Shown here in pieces: positions 9,561 to 19,051 of a DNA stretch of 64,000 nt (positions within the stretch are counted from its first letter, which is position 1; every line of letters starts with the position of its first letter). A model generated the notes under the pieces. It was not told where the DNA came from, made no database searches, and saw only the letters and a list, made by a program, of their open reading frames with translations. Where the stretch lies: positions 2,214,210-2,278,209 of the forward strand of contig JBFWNU010000001.1 of the NCBI GenBank assembly GCA_050250895.1, read 5' to 3'. This DNA is from Vulcanimicrobiota bacterium. GTDB lineage: Bacteria > Vulcanimicrobiota > Xenobia > Xenobiales > JADMJV01. The translations under genes and the position numbers were made by a program.

Positions 9561-9662
9561 GTGAAGAATCACGAAATCAGCTCCACCGACTACTACGATA
9601 TCGCGCTCGATGTCGAACTCATGCTGATCGCCCAGGCCGAGAAGGCTCTCAAGCGCCACTAA
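9561..9662 (+). CDS. Candidate small ORF (33 aa, GTG start)
   Basis: GTG start, 33 codons, then TAA (VKNHEISSTDYYDIALDVELMLIAQAEKALKRH). It is preceded by a GAGAGGG purine tract and sits in an unusually AT-rich divergent intergenic region. No homolog recognised. Confidence 0.2.
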   Translation: MKNHEISSTDYYDIALDVELMLIAQAEKALKRH

Positions 9663-10485
9663 GATTGGACTTCGCCAGCCCCTCGGTGAAACCGGCCGCG
9701 TTCTTGTGGCCACCGCCACCGGCTCGGCTGGCCAGTTCGGCCACATCGAAGTCGCCCTCCGAGCGAAGAGACCAGTTGCGGTCCCCCTCGGCATTTTCAT
9801 AGTAGGCCGCCGCGAACTTCGCCTCGGGATGCAGCTGGCATAACATATTGGCGATCTCGGAACGAAACTCGGTGGCGTTTACGATGGGCACACGGTATCC
9901 GAACAGTTCTCCCCAACGGGCTCTTTGACAGGCTGCCTCGACGATCTGGTCTTGCAGCCGCAACAGGGCGACTCCTTCGATCTTGAGATGAGCCACGGTG
10001 AGCTGGCTCCAGACCCTGAAATCCATGGGGTATGCGTGCAGCGCGATCGAGACCTCTTTGCTCTGGGGCAGCTCCCAACGCCAGAGGTCTTTATCTTCGA
10101 TATAGGCCACCAGTTCTGGCACGGGTTCGTCAGGATGCCAGTATTCCCAAGCCATCCGGGCCCCTGACTTGTGCATGTCGAAGGTGGCAAAATCGAGCCC
10201 GGCCAGCTCTTCTTCAGCGGTTTTGTGGTGGTCGAGGATCACCATGTCGGCGAAGCGCTCGCGCATTGCCAGGATGGTATCGCGGGTGTAAGAGAAGTCG
10301 ACGATGGCCACGCGGGCAGTGGCCGGCAGTTCGGGTGGCGGTTCGCCATGCGTCACCGGCAGATAGGTCGCTTCGTCCCCCAGAATTCTCCACGCCCCCA
10401 GCGCTGCCCCGAAACCATCGGGACACTGGGCGTGGTAGAGAACGTGGGTGACCTGGGTCGGATCCATCGGGCTAAAATTCTTCAC
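9649..10485 (-). CDS. DHH-family phosphoesterase (NrnA-like, DHH + DHHA1)
   Basis: Contains the ILDHHKT (DHH motif) and GGGHKNAAGF (DHHA1 GGGH motif) signatures. Confidence 0.6.
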   Translation of the reverse strand: MKNFSPMDPTQVTHVLYHAQCPDGFGAALGAWRILGDEATYLPVTHGEPPPELPATARVAIVDFSYTRDTILAMRERFADMVILDHHKTAEEELAGLDFATFDMHKSGARMAWEYWHPDEPVPELVAYIEDKDLWRWELPQSKEVSIALHAYPMDFRVWSQLTVAHLKIEGVALLRLQDQIVEAACQRARWGELFGYRVPIVNATEFRSEIANMLCQLHPEAKFAAAYYENAEGDRNWSLRSEGDFDVAELASRAGGGGHKNAAGFTEGLAKSNLSGA

Positions 10486-10506
10486 CCGAGGGGAAGACCC
10501 TCCGGC

Positions 10507-10932
10507 TCAAGCGGGCAGGCTGGCCAATCCGAACCAATAGTCTTGGATTCGTTTCATGGCGTTGGTGAACTGTTCGAAGCCAACGGGCTTGGTTACATAG
10601 GAATTGGCGTGATGCAGATAGGCCTGGCAGACATCGCAGTTGGACTCGGAAGTGGTGAGGATTACGACGGGAATTTTGCACAACTGGGCATCCTCTTTGA
10701 TCTGCTGTAGAACCTCGTGTCCGCTCTTGCGAGGCAAGTTCAGGTCCATCAAGATTAGGTCGGGCCGTTGACTGGCCGTGTAGTCGCCCTGGCGATAGAG
10801 GAATTCGAGAGCCTCAACCCCGTTTTTCACTACGTCAAGATTAATCTTGAAGCTGGACTCGCTGAGGGCCTCTTGAGTCAAACGGATGTCGCCCGGATTA
10901 TCTTCGATCAGCAGGATATGGACGGTCTTCAT
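10507..10932 (-). CDS. Single-domain response regulator (CheY-like receiver)
   Basis: 141 aa. ILLIEDNPGD ... DLILMDLNLPRKSG ... VVILTTS ... YVTKP receiver motifs, including the phospho-acceptor Asp. Confidence 0.75.
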   Translation of the reverse strand: MKTVHILLIEDNPGDIRLTQEALSESSFKINLDVVKNGVEALEFLYRQGDYTASQRPDLILMDLNLPRKSGHEVLQQIKEDAQLCKIPVVILTTSESNCDVCQAYLHHANSYVTKPVGFEQFTNAMKRIQDYWFGLASLPA

Positions 10933-11053
10933 CTCGCTCCTTACGTCACACCCCCCGAGTCCTTCTTCATTCTCCGGTGCAATCCTAGCAAACAGCGATC
11001 AACGACCATACAACAGAACAGGGGAACCTGTCCTCGGCAAGAATAGAGCCGGC

Positions 11054-11422
11054 ATGAAGCGAGTGCTAGTTTGTGATGATCAACCGGCTTTGAGAGAGGT
11101 TCTTCGGGACGCTCTGGCCGACTTGCGTGGGGACCTCGAGGTGATCGAGGCCGGCGATGGGAAAGCTGCCCTGGGTTTGCTCTCGGATAAAGCCTACGAT
11201 CTGGTTTTTCTTGACGTCGAGATGCCTCAATTGGACGGGTTCGAGACCCTCAAAGCTCTCAGGGCCAAAGAAAGCGGGCGGCGCACCCCGGTGGTCATGG
11301 TCACCGGCATGAACACCGAAGAGCACATCATCTCGGGCTGGCAACTCGACGCCGACGGCTATATCTCCAAGCCTTTCAATCTCGACGAGATCGCCGAGGC
11401 CGTGGCTACTCACCTGGCTTGA
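11054..11422 (+). CDS. Single-domain response regulator (receiver)
   Basis: The internal ATG gives MKRVLVCDDQPALREV... ; DLVFLDVEMPQLDG ; VVMVTG ; YISKPF. The upstream part of the 178-aa track ORF overlaps the neighbouring gene and lacks receiver features. Confidence 0.7.
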   Translation: MKRVLVCDDQPALREVLRDALADLRGDLEVIEAGDGKAALGLLSDKAYDLVFLDVEMPQLDGFETLKALRAKESGRRTPVVMVTGMNTEEHIISGWQLDADGYISKPFNLDEIAEAVATHLA

Positions 11423-11424
11423 AC

Positions 11425-11582
11425 CAAGGACCTGTCAGGAAATAACTTGTGCATTCGGGGCGATGATCCATCCCCTGTGGCTGCGTTGCGCTTCCCTTAC
11501 ATATTGCCGATATGCGCGGTCAGACGCGCCTTGCCACAGGGGCGCCTCAGCGCCCGGAATGCTACTCTTAATCCCTGACAGG
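11425..11582. repeat. Nested inverted-repeat element in convergent intergenic region
   Basis: Outer 9-bp inverted repeat CCTGTCAGG...CCTGACAGG; inner 10-bp inverted repeat CCCCTGTGGC...GCCACAGGGG; central hairpins GCGCG-gtcaga-CGCGC and GGGCGC-ctca-GCGCCC. Confidence 0.4.
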
Positions 11583-11584
11583 CC

Positions 11585-13072
11585 CTAGCGGCGGGCCGCT
11601 CGCAGGGTCTTGAGGGTGAATCGGGTCACCAGGCCGCCACGGTAGCCGGGTGCGAGCACCACTTCCAGGCTGTCGAGCACATCGTCGGGCCGAAAGCCCT
11701 CGCTGAGATAGGCGTCGACCTCGAGCAATTTGCAGGCATCGGCGTCGCCACGCTGACCTGCCAGGGTAAAGGCCAGAACTCTCTTGAACAGGCCGTGAGT
11801 CCGCTTGAGCACTTCGCTCAACCGACGAAAACCACCCCACTCCAGGTCATAGGCCAGCGCGTCATAGGGGCGGTCCGGCAACTCTTCGCTCTGGTGAATG
11901 ACCGTCTCCGGACCATTTTCTCCCAGGCTAACCTCGCCGGCGTCGTAGTGCTGGCTCATGATCAACATCCGACAGCCCGTGAGGCTGGTCGTCCCTTTCG
12001 GTAGGGGCTCGAAGCTGCCGACCGGAAGTTTGGCCGTGAACCAGAAGACCGAGCCCTGCCCGAGTCGGCTTTTGACCCCGATGTTTCCACCCATGATGGT
12101 CACCAGTCGCCGCGAGATGGCTAGACCTAGACCGGTGCCGCCGAAGCGACCGAGAATGGTTCGGTCGGCCTGTTCATAGGGTTGAAAGATCCTGTCTAGA
12201 GAGTCTTCGGCAATCCCGATGCCGGTGTCTCGGATCTCGAACACGATGCGCGGCGGGGCCAGTTTGACCACCACTCTGACCCGACCCTTTTCGGTAAACT
12301 TGATGGCGTTGCTGATGAGATTGGTCAGCACCTGACGCAAGCGCCCCGGGTCACCGACCACATAGCGAGGCACCAGGGCCGCCAACTCGAGCTGAATGCC
12401 GAGCTTTTTGTTGGCCGCCAATAGTCGCGAGGCCTGGACGGTGTCCTCGAGCATAGCATGCAGGTCGAAGACCTGCTCCAGCAAGGTGATGTCGCCTCGC
12501 GCCAGTTTGGCGAAATCGAGGATGTCGTTGACCAGGGTCTGAATGATCGACGACGAGTCCTCGATGAGGTGGATATACCGCTCTCTCTTCTCGGGTGCCA
12601 ACGAAGGCTTCTTGGAGAGTTGGCAGGCCATGCTGATCACCGACAGCGGCGAGCGCATCTCGTGGCTGACATGGGCTAGAAGTTGCTGAGCTCGGGAGGC
12701 GTCGGCCGCTTCGAATCGCTCGAGCCAGGCGGCGAAGCCTGGTCCCGAGAAAGTTTTGGGAGTGATGGCCAGCACGTCGTCAAAGCCGCTCGGACTCGAG
12801 CAGACCAGGACAACTTTCTCGGGTCGGACCTCGAGCCCGTCGAGCCAGGGGCGCCACCAGGACTGCTCGTCGTCGAGCAGGATGATGACCCGTTCCAGGT
12901 CGACGGTCCCAGCCACCACCTCGGCGGGCGTGGCTCGGGTGAGTTCGAAGTTGCTCAGGCTCTCGGGTAGGGGGTCGGCGCTATGGCTAATCAACAGCAG
13001 GCCCAATGGTAGTACCTCTAGAAGAGCCTTCTCGCGAGGTGCTCGGCGACCTGCCGCGCGGCCAAGTCGCAA
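11585..13072 (-). CDS. Sensor histidine kinase (HisKA + HATPase_c) with C-terminal receiver-like region
   Basis: Contains HVSHEMRSPL (H-box), NLISNAIKFT (N-box) and GTGLGLAISRRL (G2-box). The start codon is uncertain, because the 5' end overlaps the divergent gene at 13006. Confidence 0.6.
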   Translation of the reverse strand: MRLGRAAGRRAPREKALLEVLPLGLLLISHSADPLPESLSNFELTRATPAEVVAGTVDLERVIILLDDEQSWWRPWLDGLEVRPEKVVLVCSSPSGFDDVLAITPKTFSGPGFAAWLERFEAADASRAQQLLAHVSHEMRSPLSVISMACQLSKKPSLAPEKRERYIHLIEDSSSIIQTLVNDILDFAKLARGDITLLEQVFDLHAMLEDTVQASRLLAANKKLGIQLELAALVPRYVVGDPGRLRQVLTNLISNAIKFTEKGRVRVVVKLAPPRIVFEIRDTGIGIAEDSLDRIFQPYEQADRTILGRFGGTGLGLAISRRLVTIMGGNIGVKSRLGQGSVFWFTAKLPVGSFEPLPKGTTSLTGCRMLIMSQHYDAGEVSLGENGPETVIHQSEELPDRPYDALAYDLEWGGFRRLSEVLKRTHGLFKRVLAFTLAGQRGDADACKLLEVDAYLSEGFRPDDVLDSLEVVLAPGYRGGLVTRFTLKTLRAARR

Positions 13073-14577
13073 GGCCCAAATTGCAAACCAAAAACCGCGT
13101 CATACTCGTTGCCAACGATACGCCGGCTAGCCTTTCTGCTATTGCGGCCTCCCTGACGGAGGAGGGATACACTCCGCTGGCTGTTTGTGATGGTCATGAG
13201 GTCTTGCGCGAACTGCAGCGAAGCGAGGTCGACCTGGTAGCCCTCGATGTCTCGATGCCCACCATGGATGGTGTGGTCACCTGCCGCGAACTGCGTTCGA
13301 ATCCAGACTTTTCTCGCCTGCCGGTGATCATCTATGGGGACCTCGATGATGCCAATCGGCGCGAAGAGTCTTTTCGGGCGGGCTGCAACGTCTACGTGAG
13401 TCTGACCGACCCCGACGGGTTGCTGGGGCCTATCGAAGATCTCCTGGGCGAGGCCACCGAACCTGTCTTTCTCGACGAACTGGCCGAGCCGACGGTGATG
13501 GTCATCGACGACGACCCTCAGATTCTTCGCTTGTTGGTGCGCTTTCTAGAGATGGAAGGACTGCGGGTCATCACCGGCACCAGCGGCCAGGAACTCGATG
13601 AGAAGTTGGCCGCGGGCCTACCTGACGTCATCATCCTCGATGTCATGCTACCCGGAGAAGACGGGCTCCAGATCCTGCAGCGCCTCAAGTCTGACCCCTA
13701 TACCGAGCAGATTCCAGTAGTGATCACCTCCGGTGGGTCCGAGCGCGAACTGGTCAACCGTGCCCTCGAAAGCGGAGCCGACGACTATTTAGCCAAACCG
13801 GTGGACCCCAGTCGACTCAAAGCCCGGGTCAACGCATGCCTGAACACCCGGCGGCTGCTTCTGCTCCAGGCGGCCTATCGCCAGAAGCTAGAGACCGCCA
13901 ATCGCCAACTCGAGAATCTGGTCACTTCTCAGACGGCTCAGTTGGCCGAGGCCCATTTGGCGCTGGTGTTTGCGATGTCGAAGTTGGCGGAGTCGCGGGA
14001 TCCCGAGACGGGTGCCCATCTCGAGCGACTGCGGGCCTATTGCCAGACTCTTTGCAAAGCTTTGCTCGAGCAGGGCAGCTATGGTAGCGAATTGACCCCC
14101 GCCTTTGTGGACACGATCTATCAGGCCAGTCCGTTGCACGACATCGGCAAAGTGGGTGTTCCCGACTCGGTCTTGCTCAAGCCGGGCAAGCTCACGGCCG
14201 AAGAACTCGAGATCATGAAAACCCACACCACCCTCGGTGCCCAGACTCTGCTCGATGTCCAGAAGCGCTGTCCGGCCAACCGTCTGATCGAGATGGCTGT
14301 CGACATTACCTGGGCCCATCACGAGCGCTGGGACGGGCAAGGCTACCCTCGGGGCCTGGCGGGCCTAGAGATTCCTCTCAGCGCCCGCATTCTGGCCGTG
14401 GGTGACGTGTACGACGCTTTGACCTCCCGACGCCCGTACAAAGAGGCGCTGGCCCACGACGAAAGTGTGGCCATCATCGTTCAAGGCAGGGGGACTCAGT
14501 TTGACCCTCTGGTGGTGAGCGCATTCGAAGCAGTCTGTCAGGAGTTTCTAAAGGTTAGAGAAGCCTATAGCGAATAG
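13006..14577 (+). CDS. Response regulator with two receiver domains and an HD-GYP phosphodiesterase domain (RpfG-like)
   Basis: Two REC domains (VALDVSMPTMDG; VIILDVMLPGEDG) followed by HDIGKVGVP ... HHERWDGQGYP, the HD-GYP signature. The start codon is uncertain. Confidence 0.7.
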   Translation: MVVPLEEPSREVLGDLPRGQVARPKLQTKNRVILVANDTPASLSAIAASLTEEGYTPLAVCDGHEVLRELQRSEVDLVALDVSMPTMDGVVTCRELRSNPDFSRLPVIIYGDLDDANRREESFRAGCNVYVSLTDPDGLLGPIEDLLGEATEPVFLDELAEPTVMVIDDDPQILRLLVRFLEMEGLRVITGTSGQELDEKLAAGLPDVIILDVMLPGEDGLQILQRLKSDPYTEQIPVVITSGGSERELVNRALESGADDYLAKPVDPSRLKARVNACLNTRRLLLLQAAYRQKLETANRQLENLVTSQTAQLAEAHLALVFAMSKLAESRDPETGAHLERLRAYCQTLCKALLEQGSYGSELTPAFVDTIYQASPLHDIGKVGVPDSVLLKPGKLTAEELEIMKTHTTLGAQTLLDVQKRCPANRLIEMAVDITWAHHERWDGQGYPRGLAGLEIPLSARILAVGDVYDALTSRRPYKEALAHDESVAIIVQGRGTQFDPLVVSAFEAVCQEFLKVREAYSE

Positions 14578-14620
14578 TCTGGCATAGGCGAACTCGAGCG
14601 TCCGGGATTGGAAGGAAACT

Positions 14621-16024
14621 ATGCATCACTTTGGCGGGTTGATGCCGCATGGCCAATGCATGCTGTGGAGCCCAGGGCTTTTGGTTCTCCATGTGCTGTC
14701 GGACCTGATCATTGGATTGTCCTACTTCGCTATCCCGCTGTCGCTGTGGGCGGTGGTGCGGCGCGACCGTGAACTGCGAGCGATGCGGCTCTTTATGGCC
14801 TTTATCTTTCTGTGTGGTTTGACTCATCTGTGGAGTATCTACACCACCTGGGTTCCGGCCTACTATCTCGAAGGCGTGTTCAAGGCGGCTACGGCCATCA
14901 TTTCGCTCTGGACGGCGCTGGTCTTTCCCGGCGTCGTCAAGGCCTATGTGAAGAACCAGACCCGCGCCGAACTCGACGCCACCCGCCGTAACCTCGAGGC
15001 GGAGAAGTCGGTGTTGGAGAACGCTCTCGAGGGAGTCATTCGACTCGACGCCGAGGGCAATCTGGCGCAGGTCAACGGAGCCTTCGCTCGCCTGATGAAG
15101 TCGGATGCCGATGTTTTGCGGGGGGTTCCCTGGCGTTCGATCATCGCCCCGGCAGACCACGAACAACTGGCCGAGGTGCTGGCGCGGTCGGGGCGCACCG
15201 AGGCGAGTTTGATGGCCCAACGTCGGGATGGCCGCGAGGTTCCCGTCGATCTGGTGGTGCTGCGCTTAGGCGAGGGATGGGCCATTTTTCTGCGGGATAT
15301 GACGAGACATCGAGCCATGGAGGCCCGACTTGTCGAGCACAATGCGGCCCTGCAGCGATTTGCCTCGACGGCGGCTCACGATCTGCAAGAACCGATCCGC
15401 ATGATCATCGGCTACCTTGAACTGATCGAAAGGCGCTATGCGGACAAGCTCGACGATTCCGGTCACGAGTTCATCCAACTTGCCGTCGACGGCGCCGGAC
15501 GCATGGAGCGGTTGATCCGCGAGCTACTCAAGTTCACTCGACTGGATGCCGAGGTCCCAACCGAGGACTACCCTCTGAACAAACTGGTCCACGAGGCCCT
15601 TCAAGACCTCAAGCGATTGATCGACGAAACCGACGCCAAAGTCGAGGTGGGCGACCTTCCCACCCTCGAGGTTCAGCCCACCCGGCTGCGCCAGGTCTTT
15701 CAAAATTTGCTCGGCAATGCGCTGAAGTTCCGTCGACCCGACCAGGCCACGATTGTTCGGGTATGGGCCGAGCGCACGGATGAGGGCTGGGGCGTGTCGG
15801 TGCAGGATAACGGTATCGGTATTCCTGCCGACTGCATCGGCAAGGTCTTTCAGCCCCTATTTCGGGGGCACTCCAGCGAGGATTACAGCGGCACCGGCCT
15901 GGGTTTAGCGACCTGCAAGCAGATCGTGGCGGCCCACGGCGGTAAGATCTGGGCCGAATCACCCCCCGAAGGGGGTACCGTCATTCGCTTTAACCTACCT
16001 GATATCGCTCCACGATCGACTTGA
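14621..16024 (+). CDS. Membrane sensor histidine kinase with PAS domain
   Basis: The N-terminus has ~4 TM helices, followed by PAS, then HisKA (FASTAAHDLQEP) and HATPase_c (GNALKF; GTGLGLATCK). Confidence 0.7.
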   Translation: MHHFGGLMPHGQCMLWSPGLLVLHVLSDLIIGLSYFAIPLSLWAVVRRDRELRAMRLFMAFIFLCGLTHLWSIYTTWVPAYYLEGVFKAATAIISLWTALVFPGVVKAYVKNQTRAELDATRRNLEAEKSVLENALEGVIRLDAEGNLAQVNGAFARLMKSDADVLRGVPWRSIIAPADHEQLAEVLARSGRTEASLMAQRRDGREVPVDLVVLRLGEGWAIFLRDMTRHRAMEARLVEHNAALQRFASTAAHDLQEPIRMIIGYLELIERRYADKLDDSGHEFIQLAVDGAGRMERLIRELLKFTRLDAEVPTEDYPLNKLVHEALQDLKRLIDETDAKVEVGDLPTLEVQPTRLRQVFQNLLGNALKFRRPDQATIVRVWAERTDEGWGVSVQDNGIGIPADCIGKVFQPLFRGHSSEDYSGTGLGLATCKQIVAAHGGKIWAESPPEGGTVIRFNLPDIAPRST

Positions 16025-17603
16025 GTTCTTCTCCCAGCCCGGTCAGGTCACGAGCGGAAGATTCCAACATGCTCGAGGCCTGCACCGCCTGTTCGGCGGC
16101 GGCGTTGATCTCTTGCATACCCATCGAGATCTGCTCGATACCCACCTGCTGCTCCCCCGTCCCGGCGGCGATGATCTGAAAGGCCTCGATACTCTCGCGC
16201 AGGGCCGTGCCCAGCGAGTCCATGGTTACAGTGGCGTCCTCTCCCTGCGTGCGGGCCGTATCCACCAATTTTACCACCTCCTCGGTCAAGAGTACGGAGC
16301 GATTGATGCCTTTGCGGATGTCGCCCAGGATGGCTTGCACCCGCAGGGTAGCCTCGGCGCTGCGTTCGGCTAGCGACTTCATCTCGCCGGCCACCACTCC
16401 GAATCGATTCCCCTCGGCTCCTACCGATACGGCTTCAATGGCCGCGTTGAGGGCCAGCAGATTGGATTGTTCGGCCACTCCGCGGACCGTTTCGATGACA
16501 TCGCCGATGGCCTGAGTGCGTTCGCTGAGGCTCATGACGTTTTCGGCGACCTTCTCTACCTGAGCCCCGATGCGCTCCAGGCTCCCGGCCACATCCTTTA
16601 CCGCCTCGATGCCGCTCTCGCCGGCCTCGACCGTGCGTTCCCCCGAGGTGGCCACGCTATTGGCGCGCTGGCTGACTTGCTGGCTGTTGCGGGTCATCTC
16701 TTCCATGGTGGAAGTGATCTCTTGAACGGTGGTGGCGCGCTCTTGCAGAGAAACAGCTTGTTGTTCGGCCGAGGCTAGAATGGCGGCCGAATGCGAGTTG
16801 AGCTCCTTGGTCGTGTCTCGCATTCGAACCACCATCTGACGCAGACCGGAGGCCATGGTATCGAAGGCATTGGTGAGCAGCGAGAGTTCGTCTCGCCCGA
16901 TGACTCCGACCTCGGCCGTGCGTAAATCACCCTCCGAGATGCGGGTGGCCGAGCGCGTCAACACGGCCAACGGCTGCGTGATGCTGTGCCCCAAGCCCAG
17001 CTGAATGGCGGTCAGCAGCAAAAAGACCACGGTGAGGCTCAAGGCCAATCTGGTGAGCGCTAGACCAAGACGCTCCTCGAGCTGGGCCGAGGTGTCGGTG
17101 GCCAGTTGATTGTAGGCCTGGTTGAGAGTCTGAAGGGCGGCTGCCGCTGGGCGGTCGTCAAAGCGAACCTGCTGGTCGATGGCCGTCACGTCGGTTCCCG
17201 CCGAGCGCAGGCGGACGACCAGTTCCAGTTTGTCGAGATGGTTTTCTACCATGTCTTCGATGACGGCCAGAGCCCCTAACTCGTCAGGAGTAATTCCGGC
17301 CAACTTCTTATAGCTCTCGAGGATCTGGCGTGCGTCTTCGAGCTTTTGGCGGGCCTCTCGTTCGTCGCGGGACTCGCCTCGCAAAAGATAGTTCTTGAAG
17401 AGGTGGATGGCGCCACCGTAGCCGAGGCTGGCGCGAATGTCTTCGAGCAGGACCTGCCTTTGGACGACCTGCTCGCGATAGAAATCCCAACGGGTCTCGA
17501 CCTTCTTGAGGGCCTGCCATTGCAGACCTGCGATACAGGCGAAGGCGGCCAGGTTGAGGATCAGGCTCAGCAGCAGCTTGTTCTTGATCGATAGATTTCG
17601 CAT
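15990..17603 (-). CDS. Methyl-accepting chemotaxis protein (4HB sensor + HAMP + MCP signalling domain)
   Basis: N-terminal TM, a periplasmic helical sensor region, a second TM, HAMP, then the highly conserved signalling hairpin (LLALNAAIEAVSVGAEGNRFGVVAGEMKSLAERS). Confidence 0.8.
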   Translation of the reverse strand: MRNLSIKNKLLLSLILNLAAFACIAGLQWQALKKVETRWDFYREQVVQRQVLLEDIRASLGYGGAIHLFKNYLLRGESRDEREARQKLEDARQILESYKKLAGITPDELGALAVIEDMVENHLDKLELVVRLRSAGTDVTAIDQQVRFDDRPAAAALQTLNQAYNQLATDTSAQLEERLGLALTRLALSLTVVFLLLTAIQLGLGHSITQPLAVLTRSATRISEGDLRTAEVGVIGRDELSLLTNAFDTMASGLRQMVVRMRDTTKELNSHSAAILASAEQQAVSLQERATTVQEITSTMEEMTRNSQQVSQRANSVATSGERTVEAGESGIEAVKDVAGSLERIGAQVEKVAENVMSLSERTQAIGDVIETVRGVAEQSNLLALNAAIEAVSVGAEGNRFGVVAGEMKSLAERSAEATLRVQAILGDIRKGINRSVLLTEEVVKLVDTARTQGEDATVTMDSLGTALRESIEAFQIIAAGTGEQQVGIEQISMGMQEINAAAEQAVQASSMLESSARDLTGLGEELKSIVERYQVG

Positions 17604-17611
17604 GGCGCTCC

Positions 17612-19051
17612 TTAGCGAGGCAAAGTGATCTTGACCACCGTGCCTCGGGGTTCGTTGGATTCGAGCCAGATCTGGCCCCCGTGCAACTCGACGATTTTCC
17701 GGCTAAGGGCCAGACCGAGTCCGCTGCTCTGGTGCTCACCCAGAGTCTCGAACAGCTTGAACACGCGCGACCGGGCATCGGGTGGAATGCCGGGACCCTG
17801 GTCGGCCAGCGAGAGCACCCACTGGTCCCGGTCGGGCTGGACGTTCAGCGCAATCGGGGTTTGACCGCCGTAGACGATGGCATTCTTGAGCAGGTGCCAG
17901 AACATGGCTCGCAACTGCCGGGGGCGACCCCAGAGGGTGGGAAGAGGAGCCTCGATGACCAGTTCGGGGAGCTGCAGATGGCTCAGTTCGCGCAGCACCG
18001 CCTGCATGAGACGATCGAGGTCGACTTTCTCGAGGCCGGCTTCCTGCTCGAGTTCGAGATAGACTCCCAGATCGAGCAGAACCCGTTTCATGCGAGCCGC
18101 CCCCTGAACCACGAAATCGAGATATTCCCGTTGGCCCGGCGGCACTTCGAGGCGGCGAGCCAACAGGTCCGAGAAGCTCACCACCTGGCGCAGAGGTTCC
18201 TGCAAATGATGAGCGGTAACAAAGGTGAAACGACTAAACTCTTCGTGAAGCCTTTCCAACTCGGTGGCCTTGCGGGCCAGTTCTTTCTGTTGCTCGAGAC
18301 GGGCCGTGATGTCGCGGGAAATACTCACCAGAATGGGCGGGCCATTGCGTTGTTTGACGGCCACCCTGGTAGACGAGAACCACTGGTTCTCGTCAGCTAG
18401 CGCCTCGGTAACGTCGACCGAGGATTTGCCCTCGAGAGCTCGCTGCTCAGCTTCGGGTGCCCCTTCCAGGGTCCGCGCCCCAAGTTCTTGCTGAGTCTTG
18501 CCGACCGCCTCGTTGGGACTCGAAACACCCATCAGCTCACACTGTGGCTGGTTGACTCGCAAGAACCGTCCCAGGTGATCCTTGAAGTAGATCAGGTCGG
18601 GGATGTTGTCGAGCAAGGCATGCAGCAGCGTTCGCTCGAGTTGCATCTCACCCATGAGTTGGAAGCGCTGAGCCGCTCCCGTCACCAGGGCCCGCAGCTC
18701 CTGGGGCTCCCAGGGCTTGGATACAAAGGCGAAGAGCTGGCCATTGTTGACGGCTTCGACCAGGTCCTCGAAGTCGGTGTAGCCGGTCATGAGCACCTGG
18801 GTGGCGGCCGACAGCTCGGCGGCGTGGGCCAGGAACTCGTCTCCACTCATCCCCGGCATCCGCTGATCGCTCAAGACGACGGCTACGGGCCGGCTGGCCA
18901 GGACCTCCAAGGCCCGGGCTCCAGTGGTGGCGGTGAAGACCTCGAAGTCGTTCTCGAGCAGGTCTTCAATCGAGTCGAGAATGCCGGGCTCGTCGTCGAC
19001 GGCCAGCACGATGGGTCGACCCACCTGCCGGCCCGGAGAAACGGCGATCAT
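17612..19051 (-). CDS. Hybrid receiver-PAS-histidine kinase
   Basis: N-terminal REC (VLAVDDEPGILD; VLSDQRMPGMSG), PAS, an H-box (FTFVTAHHLQEPL) and HATPase (GLGLALSRKI). Its start overlaps the upstream gene stop. Confidence 0.7.
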   Translation of the reverse strand: MIAVSPGRQVGRPIVLAVDDEPGILDSIEDLLENDFEVFTATTGARALEVLASRPVAVVLSDQRMPGMSGDEFLAHAAELSAATQVLMTGYTDFEDLVEAVNNGQLFAFVSKPWEPQELRALVTGAAQRFQLMGEMQLERTLLHALLDNIPDLIYFKDHLGRFLRVNQPQCELMGVSSPNEAVGKTQQELGARTLEGAPEAEQRALEGKSSVDVTEALADENQWFSSTRVAVKQRNGPPILVSISRDITARLEQQKELARKATELERLHEEFSRFTFVTAHHLQEPLRQVVSFSDLLARRLEVPPGQREYLDFVVQGAARMKRVLLDLGVYLELEQEAGLEKVDLDRLMQAVLRELSHLQLPELVIEAPLPTLWGRPRQLRAMFWHLLKNAIVYGGQTPIALNVQPDRDQWVLSLADQGPGIPPDARSRVFKLFETLGEHQSSGLGLALSRKIVELHGGQIWLESNEPRGTVVKITLPR

